This document shows, piece after piece, positions 51,534 through 64,000 of a stretch of 64,000 bases of DNA. The stretch covers positions 9,796,001 through 9,860,000 of the forward strand of contig CP075495.1 in NCBI GenBank assembly GCA_021613535.1. Reading direction: 5' to 3'. Positions within the stretch are counted from its first letter, which is position 1. Each line of letters starts with the position of its first letter. This stretch comes from Adineta vaga. Lineage: Eukaryota; Animalia; Rotifera. Position numbers and translations under genes: made by a program. Below the pieces are notes generated by a model that made no database searches, was not told where the DNA came from, and saw only the letters and a list, made by a program, of their open reading frames with translations.

Positions 51534-54500
51534 ATGTTTCAAGTTTTATTTTTTATTAATTTTTTATTTTTTGTTTCATCAACATCCAAAGAATCGATAC
51601 ATATTATTGAAGATCTACCCATTGGTACATCGATTTATACCTTTAATACAAACGGCTGTAAAACAGAAAATAGTACTGGAACATATCGATTTGTTGATAG
51701 TCAAAAAAATTCCAATGATTTTTTTCTTATTGATCCATATACAGGACGTGTAACAACGAAAAAATTAATTGATCGTGATGATTTTTGTCTTCGTCGAATG
51801 TGTTCATGTTCAAATTGTGAAATAACATTAGAAGTCATATGTGTACATGTGGGACAAATTTATTTCAATGATTTATCTGTTATTATTGACGATCAAAATG
51901 ATCATACACCACAATTTCCTAAATCATCAGTTACAATTGATGTTTTAGAAAATGTACCCATTGGTTATCTTATACCTATTGATGTAGCTATTGATCCCGA
52001 TTATGGAAATAATTCTATTCAAGGTTATAAACTTCTTGAAGACAATTCTACAAATAAAAACTACACCAATAGAATACCACAAGCTTTTCAATTAGAATAT
52101 TCCAAGAAAAATGATTTACTTGCATTACGTCTTATGAAAATACTTGATAGAGAATTATGTGATTCATTACAATATATTATCCAAGCTTATGATGGAGGAC
52201 AACCACAAGCACTTCAAGGCAAATTAAATATTCGTATTAATATTCTTGACGTTAATGATATGTCACCTGTCTTTGATCAATCAGATATTCGTGTACTTTT
52301 AAGTGAATCAACTTCAATTGGTTCACTAGTTGCACGTGTACATGCATTTGATGGTGATACTGGTCTCAATGGTCTTGTTTACTATACGATTGTTTCAGTA
52401 GATCCTGCATCTAATGGAACATTTATTCTTGGTAAAGAAACAGGTGAAATACGTCTTGGTAAGAAACTTGATTATGAAAGAGAAAAATCTTTCCGTATGA
52501 AAGTTAAAGCACAAGATAATGGTCCTCAACAAGGTTCTATTGCAGCATTTGCAACAATTGATATTGATATTAAAGATGAAAATGATAATTATCCATTAAT
52601 TACACCAACTTTTAATGATGATCCAATGTTAGGAATTAAACATGTCTTTAATAGTAGTATCATACATATTCGTGAAAATACTCCAAATGAAACATTTCTT
52701 GTAAGTATAAACTTGATTAAATGTTTCAATGTAATAGAAATCTGTTCATGTTTTATTCGATTTCCCGTCGTGTGCGTGATAAGAAAAAGTTTTGCTTTTC
52801 TTTTCACCTTCGACCTTGGTTCGAACTTAATCTTTCGCTTTCCATCACAAATTCCCTGTAGTGACGTGTATATGTGAGTGTCTATGTGCGTGTTTGCATG
52901 TTTCATCTCCACCCTTAAACGAATATATAGACTTTCTCGTTCTATTTGTCCTATGGAAAGAGATAATCGGAAAAAGAAGTTAATCATATTTGGCTATTTT
53001 TCTACTATCTATTTCTTTTTCAATAGGGACATATCTCAATCAGTGATCTAGATCAGGGTGACAATGGCCGAGTCAGTTGGTCACTTGAGAGTAATGGCAC
53101 TATAACTAGCAAAGACTTATTAAATAATGAAGCTTTTCTTATGTTTACTCAACGGATATTTGATCGTGAAGAACAATCACACCATGAAATCTATCTTGAA
53201 GCACATGACCATGGTAATCCATCACTTTTCAATACATTGAATTTTACGTTAGTTATTCTCGATGTAAATGATAATGCACCAAAATTTGATCATGAATTCT
53301 ATGCAATTAATATATCAGAAAGAATTCCAATGCATACAAAATTATTTCATTTTCATGCTACAGATAATGATGAAGAAAATACTCCGAATAGTCAAATTGA
53401 ATATCAATTTACTAATGAAACAAATCAAACAATTTTTTCATTGAATTCTACAACAGGTGAATTACATCTAATCGATCAACTTGATCGAGAAGAAAAATCT
53501 TTCTATGAATTTGATATAATCGCATCCGATCACGGTCAACCAATTTCATTATCATCGACAGTTCATTGTACAATTCATGTTATTGATATCAATGATAATT
53601 ATCCTATATTTGATTTACCAGAATATCAATTTGAAATAGCTGAAACATGGCCAAAACTTGCTCCGATTGGTCATGTATATGCAACTGATGCTGATGAATA
53701 TTACAGTGATCTTCATTATACATTAGTTAGTAATGAATCAACCATATTGGATGAATGGCCATTTGGATTAACAATGAATGGAACATTATATCTCAAATCA
53801 ACATCTGTTGGTAAGTTTATTTGTCTTTATTGTAATATGAAATAAATTAGAAGAATCTTTTCTTGCTCAGGTATAGATTATGAACGTCGTTCAATCTATA
53901 AATTTGCTGTTACCGCTGTTGATAATGGTGGTTTAAGTACGAATGTTCCTGTAACAATTCATATTCGTAATCGAAATGATTTTTGTCCCGAATTAATTAA
54001 TAATTCTACTGCTTTATTTTTTAATATGGATCTTTGGAATGATAATTCGACGGAAAATTATACAAATCAATATTATTTAGAAATCTTTGATGGTGATAAT
54101 GACACATGTTTAATTGAATTATTAAATTTTCATGATATATTTCAAATCGAAGAAATCGAACGAAATAAATTCTTATTATATGCTTATACATTACCTGAAC
54201 GTGAATATTATATCTTACAATTTCGTCTTCGTGATTTAGTTAGTGATAATGATCAACCATGTATTCAAGCAATTCAATTAGTTTTAACTATTGGTACAAA
54301 TGAAACAAATCAAACTGTAGCATTAGATACAGCACGAGAATATTTAGAAGCACTTCATTTAACAGCAAAACGTACACATTCATATTTTGATTTAACATTA
54401 TTGAATGTTATTCTTCTATTTGTTTTGTTATCCATTGCAATTATAATTGCATTAGTAGCGGTAAAACTCATTTTTCTTTCATCATCATCATCATCTTCAT

Positions 54501-56066
54501 CTTCTTCCTCGTCATCAATCACATCTTTACGTCACCGTCGACGACGATTACAACAACGAAAATTAAGAAGCAATGGAAATAGTTCGAATACAGGTGGAAC
54601 ACTTTATCGTCTTCAAGGTCCAACAGAAACTCAATTACCATTACTAGAAAATGAACCAGGTGAACATTCTCTAACATCATCATTGATGGATGGTAACAGT
54701 AAACTTCTTGGAAATGAAAACATCAATCATTCAATCGATGATGACGAACAAAAACAGGTAAACGAGTTGAAAACTTGTCAATTTAATTCGAACAGATGGT
54801 GTCAGGACAGAGAAAGAATACGTAGGAATTAATGTTAATTCTGTCTCCATATGTTACCCCTTGCTGTGACATTCTTTCTACATTGTTTGACGAAGCGATC
54901 AGTCGTGCTTATATTACCGCTGCTATTGATAATCGAGCAATGACAACAACGACATTGTTCGTTGTCATTTGGCACATTTGATAATTAAAAATGCATTGAA
55001 ACTAACGTCTCCGTTGATGAACAAGAGATGAAAAAGCGATAACGAAGCGAAGTTGATGAGAAAACTACAAGGCAAAAAAAGAAATGGACTGCTCTCTTGT
55101 CTGACAAATGTGAGTGAGCATCGGCTTTGAAAGAATTTCTTCAACTAATTTCATTATTCTATCTAATGTCATCAACCGACACAAGTAATTTGCTTGTGGC
55201 AAGTTGAACAATTAAATTTCCATATAATCGTGAGAGATACATTGAATGCACGTTCTACAATGAATAGTTTATTCGTACGATCTTTGCCTTGAATTAAATG
55301 TGTGTCTATTTGTGTATAAATATCTTTTAACAATTGACTAAGCTGTTCTTTGATACGAACATAAAATTGTGTACGTGCATGATGACGCAAACTATCATCT
55401 ATCTTGAGTTGTATTCTATTTCAATTTTAATCCTTTGAAAATTACTGAAACATAACATGACAGTTAAAAGATACATGATCAAATGTAATTAAAGAGCAAA
55501 TAACATGTCAGTTAACTGATGTTCCTATTTTTCTTTTCTTTTCTTTTCTTTTCTAGCATCTGCTTAATCAATTTAATCAAGTTGCCAGACATTCAAATGA
55601 ATTTAAAACTTTCTCAATCAAATCTCATGCAAATGCCTATGATATTATAGGAGATATTCATTCTAGTGAACGTAGGTTTTCTTTCATTTTTCAAGTCGTT
55701 GATGGAAACTAATCAAGATTTTCTTTTGTAGAGCATTCCTCTTCTTCATCCTCTTGTAATCGTGTTCGTGACAGTGGTTATGAAACAACATCATCCAGTC
55801 TAGAACAACAACAACAACACCAACGTTATTTTCCTTCATCAAGTCCATCAAATGTTAGTCTCTCTCCTGATGGTCAATTGATAACTGTAACTTATTTTTC
55901 TTCATCAAATTCTTCTCATCTTGATTCATCCTTATCATCATCTTCGAATCCAATTCCACGAACCTTGAAAACATTCTCTCAGATGCCTGTTATAAATGCT
56001 TCAGGCAATGAATCATCAACCATAATGAATGCTCGTCTTGCTGAACAGGAAATCATCGAAGTCTGA
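51534..56066 (+). CDS. Non-clustered (delta-like) protocadherin
   Basis: Exons 51534-52700, 53027-53810, 53871-54757, 55557-55671, 55733-56066. Signal peptide; six clear cadherin repeats (DQNDHTP, DVNDMSP, DENDNYP, DVNDNAP, DINDNYP, NRNDFCP) plus a degenerate seventh; Cys-rich EC1 (DRDDFC); one TM helix; cytoplasmic RDSGYE motif. Confidence 0.9.
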
Positions 56067-56411
56067 TAATTGTCATTTCTTTTTCTCTGTTGTGTGTGTG
56101 TGTGTGTATGTATGCGTATGTGTGTGTGTTCGTATCGTTCTTTTTTTTATTCTTCGATCTGAGCGTATGTACATATCTATATAGATGTTTAATCATGATT
56201 ATGACCTTCTCACAATAACATACGCTCAATTAAACATCTCATCTTCGATTTAGAAATAACCTAAAGAAAAATCTGAATTATTTTCTCTCTAATTACATGG
56301 ATACATTGTTATTTATTAATATTAACTGAATAAGAGGTACTATATTAAGAAGTGAAACACACAGATACACACACAAAAGATAACAACAAAAATTTATAGT
56401 ACATTGATTAT

Positions 56412-59400
56412 TTATGAAAAAGAAGGAAAGAATTTCATCAATGAAAATAAACCTAATAAGATGAATACAAACAGAAGAAAAAACCAATGACATCGACATG
56501 ATCTATGTATGATTTGTTTCTGAGACGAATGAATATTATTGTTCGTTTTTTGAAAACATACATGACTTGATGTATGCATAACAAAATTATTAGTTGTAAT
56601 AGATTTGATTCGACGACGATGATGAATTGTTGATAGTGGATGAATAGAAAGAATTTCATCGTTTAGTACAACACCGGAATCATTACGAGATTTACGACCA
56701 TTATCAATCGATTTGAAATGCAGTAGTGAACGTGAACGTGTTACTATTGATAATATATGGCATATAGTTGATTAGAAAAAATTAAAATAACTTACAACGT
56801 TGATGAGCAGTTGATTCAGATGGTAATGAGAAAAGATTTGGTAACTAGATAGTTTGAAATGAATAAATATGATACATGTATATTTTTCCTTACCTCTGTT
56901 TGCTGCTGCTGATCTAATTGAACTACAGGTATGGCTCGTCGACGAGTTCGTTTGTGTGTTGATGATTCTATCATGAGTTTTGGAAAAAAAGATTTTTATT
57001 TAATTCATTCATTGAAAGACTCATGTTCCTCTGTCGAAAGCTATAGTAAACAATTATTACTTACCAATTAATTGTCGACGTTCACTGTTTAATTCTCTAG
57101 AAACGAAAAGTAATACAATAGATAGAATGAAAAGATTCTTTTCTAACTAACTTGATTTTATCAAGTAACTTTCGTTGGTTTTTTTCTAAAAATGTATTTG
57201 TCATTCGCCATCGACTTGCTACGCTTTGCTGTTCAATTAGTTGTCGTTCACATGAACGAATCTATAAAATAAAAACTAAAGGTATACATTTGCTAATACC
57301 GACAAAAAAATTCATACAGTATCATCATTGGTACGAATAACTTGACGCAAACGATCAAGTTCATTTTGGTAAATTTCAAGAATTGATACAAGATGACGTT
57401 GATTTTTCGATGGATTTTCAGATGATTCTTCAAGATTAGTTATCAAGCCTTTATCCACTAGTCGAAAGAAATCGTCAAGTTCAGCTTGACGACATTGCTG
57501 CTGTTCTATTGATACAAAAAACAAAAATTATGAAAAGACTGTTAAATCATTTTCTACTGATTATCGAACAATCAACAAATAATACTCGATAGAGTCTATT
57601 TATTTCATGAATAGATTTGATGCAACCATTTAAAATCGAAGATATCTGTACTTCCTTTTAATTTTTGACTTACCTCGACTAGCAATTAGTAAAAGTTGCA
57701 TTTTACGAAATCTAAAAAAGCGAAATAAATTCTACTTCAAATGATCTTTTCATTCAAACCTCATGTCAAAACATTGAACATTTTCTACAACACGTTTCAA
57801 TGAGATTTTCATATTTGTTAGTCGTTCTTGTTCTTGTCCATACTGATTATTATCGTTTTGTTGTTCGAAGAAATATTTACGAAGAACTTTCACTTCATTG
57901 ATCTAAATAAACAATATGTTTTGTTTTTTTAGAAATTGAAAAAAAAAACGTATTCCTAACTAATTCGTTCAGTAACGAGAGAGAAGATGAAAGTGTCGTG
58001 GTTTTAGCTAAGAGTAAATCTAGTTCAATATCATTCGTTGTACTATTAAGACATTTCGTGATTATCTCATTTGACATTGCTTCCTAGAAAAATAAAAGTA
58101 AATGATCTGTGTATAGTATTATAATTCTTCATTTAAATATACTAGAGAATTTATTTCACTGAATAGCGATGATGGGCAATTTTCTGATCGATTATTGATA
58201 TTTTCACAATCTGGTGTGTCTTCATCTTGAGTATCATAGATAAGACATGGTAATGATTCATCTAGATTATCAAATGAAGTGCTTATTGAAGGACAAATGA
58301 TTCGAACTTCAGCAGCATGTGTTCGAACTCTAAAATTTTGAATAGAAATGAAAGGTAGGTGATTCAATAGAATATTTACATTCGAAGTTCTTCACGAAGT
58401 GCTTCAGCATTTTGAACGAGAATATAATTTGATTTAACTATTTCTTGTTTTGTCGAAAGAACTTCTTCAAAATCTTTTTGTAAACGACAAATTTGATTTT
58501 CATTCTAAAGATAAAAACAGAGTTAAATCGAAAGAGAAAAGTTTTCATCAAACTTTAATTTTTAATTAACCTCTTTTTGACGAAGATTACTATTTTGTAA
58601 TTGAACTTCTAGACATAGTCGATTTTCCTTAATATAAATAATCAATAGAGTATCTGATGAATGATTTTTCATCAATTACTTTTTCATTTTCTAACAAAAC
58701 TTCAAGTTCAGTACAAGAATCTCGCCATTCTTCTTGTCGTTCACGTGCTTGTTTTAACTTAATAGGAAACAGAAAATATACAATAATCTTCTATTTGTAT
58801 CGATAATGAATAAAACACCCTTACTTGTATTTCAAAATCTGCGATAATATCGTTCAATTCAATTTTTTCTTTATTACGTTGAGTTAATTGACAACGTAGA
58901 TCACGACATTCACTTTCAAGTCGTTGAGTATGCACATGAAGATCTATATTAGCTGATGCATGATGTAATAAACGTTCAAGTTCTTCTTCCAATCTAAAAT
59001 AAAAAAAAAGAATTTCGAATAAGAAATTCATTTAGAAACATTCTCATTTTACGTTCGTTTTTGTTTTAGTAAAAGATCACGTTCAATTTGTATTTGTATT
59101 AAATCATCATCTAATTGTCGATAATCTTGTTCAAGTAAATCAATTCGAATTAATTGACGTCGATTTAATTCACGTAATTCATTTTCTTCAATAAGACATC
59201 TAAATGAAATCGATTTTCATTTCTAAATAAAAGATATTTTTCATATTAACTTTTCATGATCATGATCATTATCATAAACCAAAGTTTGTTTCGTTTCAGT
59301 TGTAGATCGACGACGATTGATGGATGCTAGAAAGTTATATCATCGTGAGATTATTTAATTTTTCTGTTTTTATATACCGTAAATACGTGGTGGTGGAATA

Positions 59401-59432
59401 CGACGAATAGTTGAAGCAGCAGTTGTTGCCAT
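56412..59432 (-). CDS. Long coiled-coil protein with a C-terminal transmembrane anchor, function unknown, ~15 exons
   Basis: ATG at 59432 (MATTAASTIRRIPPP). Many short exons with heptad E/Q/L/R-rich sequence. The last exon ends ...WFFLLFVFILLGLFSLMKFFPSFS*. Some internal exon boundaries are approximate. Confidence 0.75.
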
Positions 59433-59819
59433 TCGAATTAGTTTATATAAGAATTGAAAGAAAACGAAACGAGATAGGTCTTTTTAAAACTAATTTAACG
59501 AACGAACAAAGTACATATATCTTCTGTTGGATAGTTTTAAAATATTCTCTTATATATGTATGACATCTGTCGTTCAATAATGATCGAAAGTTTTCATTTT
59601 TCTTATTATGATTATAAAAACATACACATGTTCAAAAAAGAAGAAACTGAATAGTGCATTAATTTTTGTTGGATTGTAAAAAATCCGAGATAGTTTTTAT
59701 TGATATGATATATAAAATGGAAAAGTCAATTTAAATTTAAATAAAAAAATTCATAATATGCATTGATTCTCTGGAATTTTCTTTCATAGTTTTCTTCAAG
59801 TAAACTAGTGGAATTTAAG

Positions 59820-60906
59820 TTAAGTTTCTCCAATCAATATATTCCATGCATTGAAATATTCTGTCATCGATTTCGTAGAACCAGCATGTAGTGATGATGT
59901 ACATATCAATAAATCAGGTTTTCTTGTGAAAGAACCTTCACATAATCCATTAGCAATTTCATATTGAAGTTTGTATGATGTTGTTGCTAAGTTAGTAATT
60001 TGAACGTTTGCATTATCTCGAAGTATACCAGTTACAAAAGGATCACCTGGATATTCAATTAGTTCAATATTATCTAAAGCATTAATCATCCGATCAGCAG
60101 CACTAGATGTTACAGCATATAATAAACTCATAGCATAATTCACATCATCAGCTGTTGGCGGTAAGACTGCATCAATAAACTTCTGATAGGCACCACGTTT
60201 GACATGATGTTCTGTACCAAACCAACCAATGACAATATCTTGATTATAAACAGATTCAATCAATGGTAAGAAATCATCGACAAATACTCTCGTATTAAGA
60301 ATAACATCATCTTCGGTTTTAACATAAAATGAATTTTTTGGTAGATAACTTCGTACCCATATCATTGCAGATAATTCTTTATGAGCTATAAATGAATACA
60401 TATCGGGTACAGAAACTTGAATAACATCATCAAAGACATTTTGTTCCATACGAATACGTTCTTTCAAACGATCATCTGTACCAACAAGAAAAAAGATCTT
60501 CAATCGTAAGTTGTTCTTACGATAAGATCGAAAAAATCCCCAGGTACGTCGTATAGCATCACGTACTTCAATATTTGATGCTTGGGACAAAATCATTACA
60601 GGTACAATATCCGTTGAAAACAATGTTAAATCTAAATAAGGTGAATTGATAAAATCAATTGTTGACATAACACCTGATTTTTTTAGGGATATGACAGGTG
60701 GTGCTGCAGTCTTTGATTCTACATTAAATACTAATAGTGGAGATGTTTCATGTTCGGTTCCTAAAGAAAAACCAATTAAACAGATGTTTCATGAAAATAT
60801 TTTTCTAACCACGTTGCCGATAGTAAAGTGCCAAAAGAATAATAAGACCAAGAAATAACATGAACACATTTTTTAAACGACGACGACCGTAGTATCCTTC
60901 GAACAT
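59820..60906 (-). CDS. GT31 beta-1,3-glycosyltransferase (galactosyltransferase-like), type II membrane protein
   Basis: Exons 60906-60810 and 60760-59820. N-terminal TM helix; RDAIRRTWG, IFFLVG, EQNVFDDVIQ, YVKTEDDV, GDPFVTGIL. Confidence 0.88.
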
Positions 60907-61476
60907 ATTGTGACTCGTCAGTATTCTCCTAGTAAATGCAGATGTGTACATCTTCCGTCTTGCTTCATTACACATTGCTCGTTTCTTTTCTTTTTCGTCA
61001 TTACAAAATTTTTCTTTCTACATGTACTAACACGTTTGTATGATATCATTTATAACATACAACGATTGGTATCGTATCCAACGCCATATAAGAACATTTA
61101 AAATGTCCTAGTTTTTCGCATGATCTAATTTTAACTAACCGTTGATACAAATGTGAGAACGGAAGCTACGTGATAACTTGTTGAAATAGATGCATACTTA
61201 CTTCCCTGTACATTTAGCGTAAAAATGTTTAGTATGCTGTGTCATGTATGATAAGTAGGAACATGTTTTTGATGATTTTTAGTAAATGTTGTTATGAAAC
61301 AATAATATAACTTGCTTCATTTGATAAAAATATCAGTTTTTCAAACAGAAAACAGAAAATCTCATACAGAATGTTTTCAAAGATATCAAGTACAAACAAT
61401 TACTAGGACAGTTTCATCATAATTATGAGTTATGGTATTATAAACCACTGAAACTCTAGTTCGTATAAAATATCGA

Positions 61477-62480
61477 TTATGACGTTGTTATTAAATTTTT
61501 AATACGGTGAATAGGTTTGAATCTTTGTAATGTGATAGGTTCACGACGATGTAAGGATTGTACAATATTTGTAAAAAGGACAAAATCAATGGTATCAATC
61601 GATTCATTTTTCATACAATCATTGGCAACTAGATCGAAAGATTCGATATGAATGATAATGATTTTGAATATTTATTATAATTAATATTTACTTTCAATAA
61701 TTCGTCGATGTGGTAAATGTAAATTTAAATAATCGATAGCATTTTTAAGTTCATCAATACGTAGATGACCATTTTGTTGTATATCAGCGTGATCAAATGC
61801 TAATTTGATTTCTTCACGTGTAAATTCATGTAATAATCGATGTTTCATTTCCTCTTTAAAAAAAAAGATTGAATATATTCATATTTGAAAGTATGGATAT
61901 TTCACTTTATACCAATATATTCTTCTAAAGATATTCGATCATCTTTATTCATATCGAATACTGAAATGATTTCTTTAATATCATATTCAGTTAATTCAAA
62001 TAAATAATTCAATGTCATTCGTATTTCATCTCGTGTTAGAAAATTATCTTGATCTTTATCAACTCGACGAAATGCATTATGTAATTCATGAAATTCTTCA
62101 ATTGTTAATATTTTCATATTACATTTGAGACATGATTGATGGACTAGTTGTAATGGAAATGATGATTGAACATTTGAAGAATTTGAATTCGGTGTTGAAA
62201 CAATACTATTATCAATATTCTTCTCAAATGATGGTCGATGATCAGATCCATTTTCCGATATATCATTACAAGTCATCAAACGAAAAAGCATCTCAGTCAT
62301 TTGTTCAGTGAGTAGTACAAGATATCGTTCAGGAACAAGTTCTCCAACTGAATATATACCATTCAATGAACTATTATTATCAACTATTGGTACATTGAAT
62401 TTTGTCTTTTTTTCTTCTTCTTCTTCTTCTGTTGCTGTTTGAGAATTAAATTTTTGTTGAAACAAAGATGAACAACCCAT
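61477..62480 (-). CDS. EF-hand calcium-binding protein with an N-terminal acylation signal (MGCSS)
   Basis: Exons 62480-61913, ~61852-61692, ~61628-61477. EF loops DKDQDNFLTRDE, DMNKDDRISLEE, DIQQNGHLRIDE, plus a degenerate fourth. Confidence 0.85.
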
Positions 62481-62503
62481 TTATCGACAGTTTACAAGAA
62501 ATC

Positions 62504-62516
62504 TATTTATAGCGCC
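62504..62516 (-). promoter_or_regulatory. TATA-like box upstream of the EF-hand gene
   Basis: Minus strand ggcgctataaatag, ~25-30 nt before the ATG. Confidence 0.35.
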
Positions 62517-62592
62517 TTTTCATTTATATTCTAATTTGAATTAAAAAGGATGTTAATGACTCAAATTATCCATGATGGAAAATGAATGACTA

Positions 62593-63789
62593 CTAAAGAG
62601 GACATTTTCTGTTTTCTTGTTTCAAATCAAAGACTAATTCATTTCGATATTTATCAAATCGAATAGAATGAATAGTATTGTTTTTATGATTGAACGATGA
62701 GATAAGTTGTTCAATACAGTACGTTTCAAAACAATTTCGTTGTACCCAAGGATAATATGAATACAGTTCATGTGGTCGTGCTTGACCACTTGTAAATGAC
62801 ATCGTCCGTTCATATTTATGTGAATAATTCTTTGCATAGTATAGTTTGTTCATTGTAGTCCATTGTTGCATTTCGAAAATAACTAATGGTTCTCGCGGAG
62901 CCTATGAATCACGTATACAGAAATAAAATTCTATCGAAAATATGTTACATACTGGTAACCAAATTCGACCAAAAGGACGCCATACAAGTGGAAAGACATC
63001 ATGTTTTGCCATTGAACAATTCGTAATCAAATCTTCATCATAATCTGTTCGCCATATATGAGTTGAATTTTCATAAAAATAAAACACATCAATATAAGGA
63101 TACGACCATTTTTCAATGCCTGCTTGAGGTGACCATGAAAAATAGATTTTATCATAATTTCCTAATGAATCAGTAACATTCATGATAGTAATAATATTTC
63201 GAAGTTCTTTTTGCAAAAACTTGTACATTCGATGTCGATTATAAATTGAAATACGTAAATCAACATCATCATCCCATGGTAAAAAATCATGATGAGTATA
63301 ACTACCTGAATTGAGCTAGAAGATGAAATATAATTGAATCTAGTTTTTACCTAGTAATGTTCCAGCTACCATTAGATATTCAATTTGATGTCGTCGAAAG
63401 AATTGATCAAGAATACTGAGTAATTCTGTGTATACGTAATGATCACATGGAGTTAATCGACGTGGTAGATTAGGAGATGATTGCCAAGTAGAATAACGAT
63501 AAGGAATTTCATTCGATTGTTGTCTAGTAGAATTTAAAAATATCGGTAATGTTAAACGAATGTTTTGTTGAGAAACTAAATTTAATTGTTCATTCATTTT
63601 TTCATTTTCAATTCGTTGGTGAACTTTAAAACAGAAATAATTCGTTTCATATGTATTGCTGAATGATGGTTCTATATGATCATATTGTCTTCTATTGATA
63701 TCACTACTTGTTGATGGAAATAAATAGAATAACACAGCAAAACTGAAACAAAACAATGCAAATAGAATCGAATCGATGCGTCGTAGCAT
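62593..63789 (-). CDS. LicD-family (fukutin/FKRP-related) phosphotransferase, type II membrane protein
   Basis: Exons 63789-63351, 63305-62953, 62901-62593. N-terminal TM helix; LMVAGTLLGSYTHHDFLPWDDDVDL (LicD signature), WSYPYIDVFYF, VFPLVWRPFG, LPAPREP. Confidence 0.9.
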
Positions 63790-64000
63790 TCTATTTCATA
63801 CAAAATATGTTGCTGAAAAAGTTGTATTTCATATTACAAAGTTATATGATAAATTATATACCGTCTTTTCTACACGTGGTTCTTATGTGATTGTTACGGA
63901 TGAATGCAAACGGCATGTACAAATGACCTTTCATGAAAAATAGAAACGAACAGTACGTATAATGATCTCAAAAAATATTGATATATGATAGTCTATATTT

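Noticed and set aside
1-64000. CRISPR arrays, tRNA/rRNA, SL RNA gene, telomeric repeats, intact transposons
   Set aside because: By eye I found no spaced direct repeats, cloverleaf or rRNA-like segments, terminal repeats, or transposase/RT ORFs. A covariance-model and repeat search would be needed to exclude small RNAs fully.

Overview
This is AT-rich eukaryotic genomic DNA with many short (about 45-75 nt) GT-AG introns. Intron size and gene style suggest a bdelloid rotifer (inference only). The ORF track is fragmented by splicing, so I rebuilt the genes by eye from splice signals. In order: the 3' part of a Dbs/MCF2L-like RhoGEF (+); four tandem atypical NR1J/HR96-like nuclear receptors (+); AAGAB/p34 (-), with an orphan 7TM GPCR nested antisense in its intron 4; two tandem ATG16L paralogs (+); a C5orf34 homolog (+); a 5-HT7-type serotonin receptor (-); a ~12.7 kb gene-free divergent interval; a delta-like protocadherin (+); and four minus-strand genes (a tail-anchored coiled-coil protein, a GT31 glycosyltransferase, a myristoylated EF-hand protein and a LicD-family transferase). 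The best candidate for an undescribed system is the nuclear-receptor array. It has an unusual P-box (CAPCKA/S), a rebuilt second zinc finger lacking the D-box cysteine, a basic residue where the AF-2 glutamate should be, domain-limited near-identity between copies A and B, and a perfect DR3 element inside the array. Also notable are the tightly nested GPCR and the operon-like, possibly sub-functionalised ATG16 pair. I found no tRNA, rRNA, CRISPR array or intact transposon.
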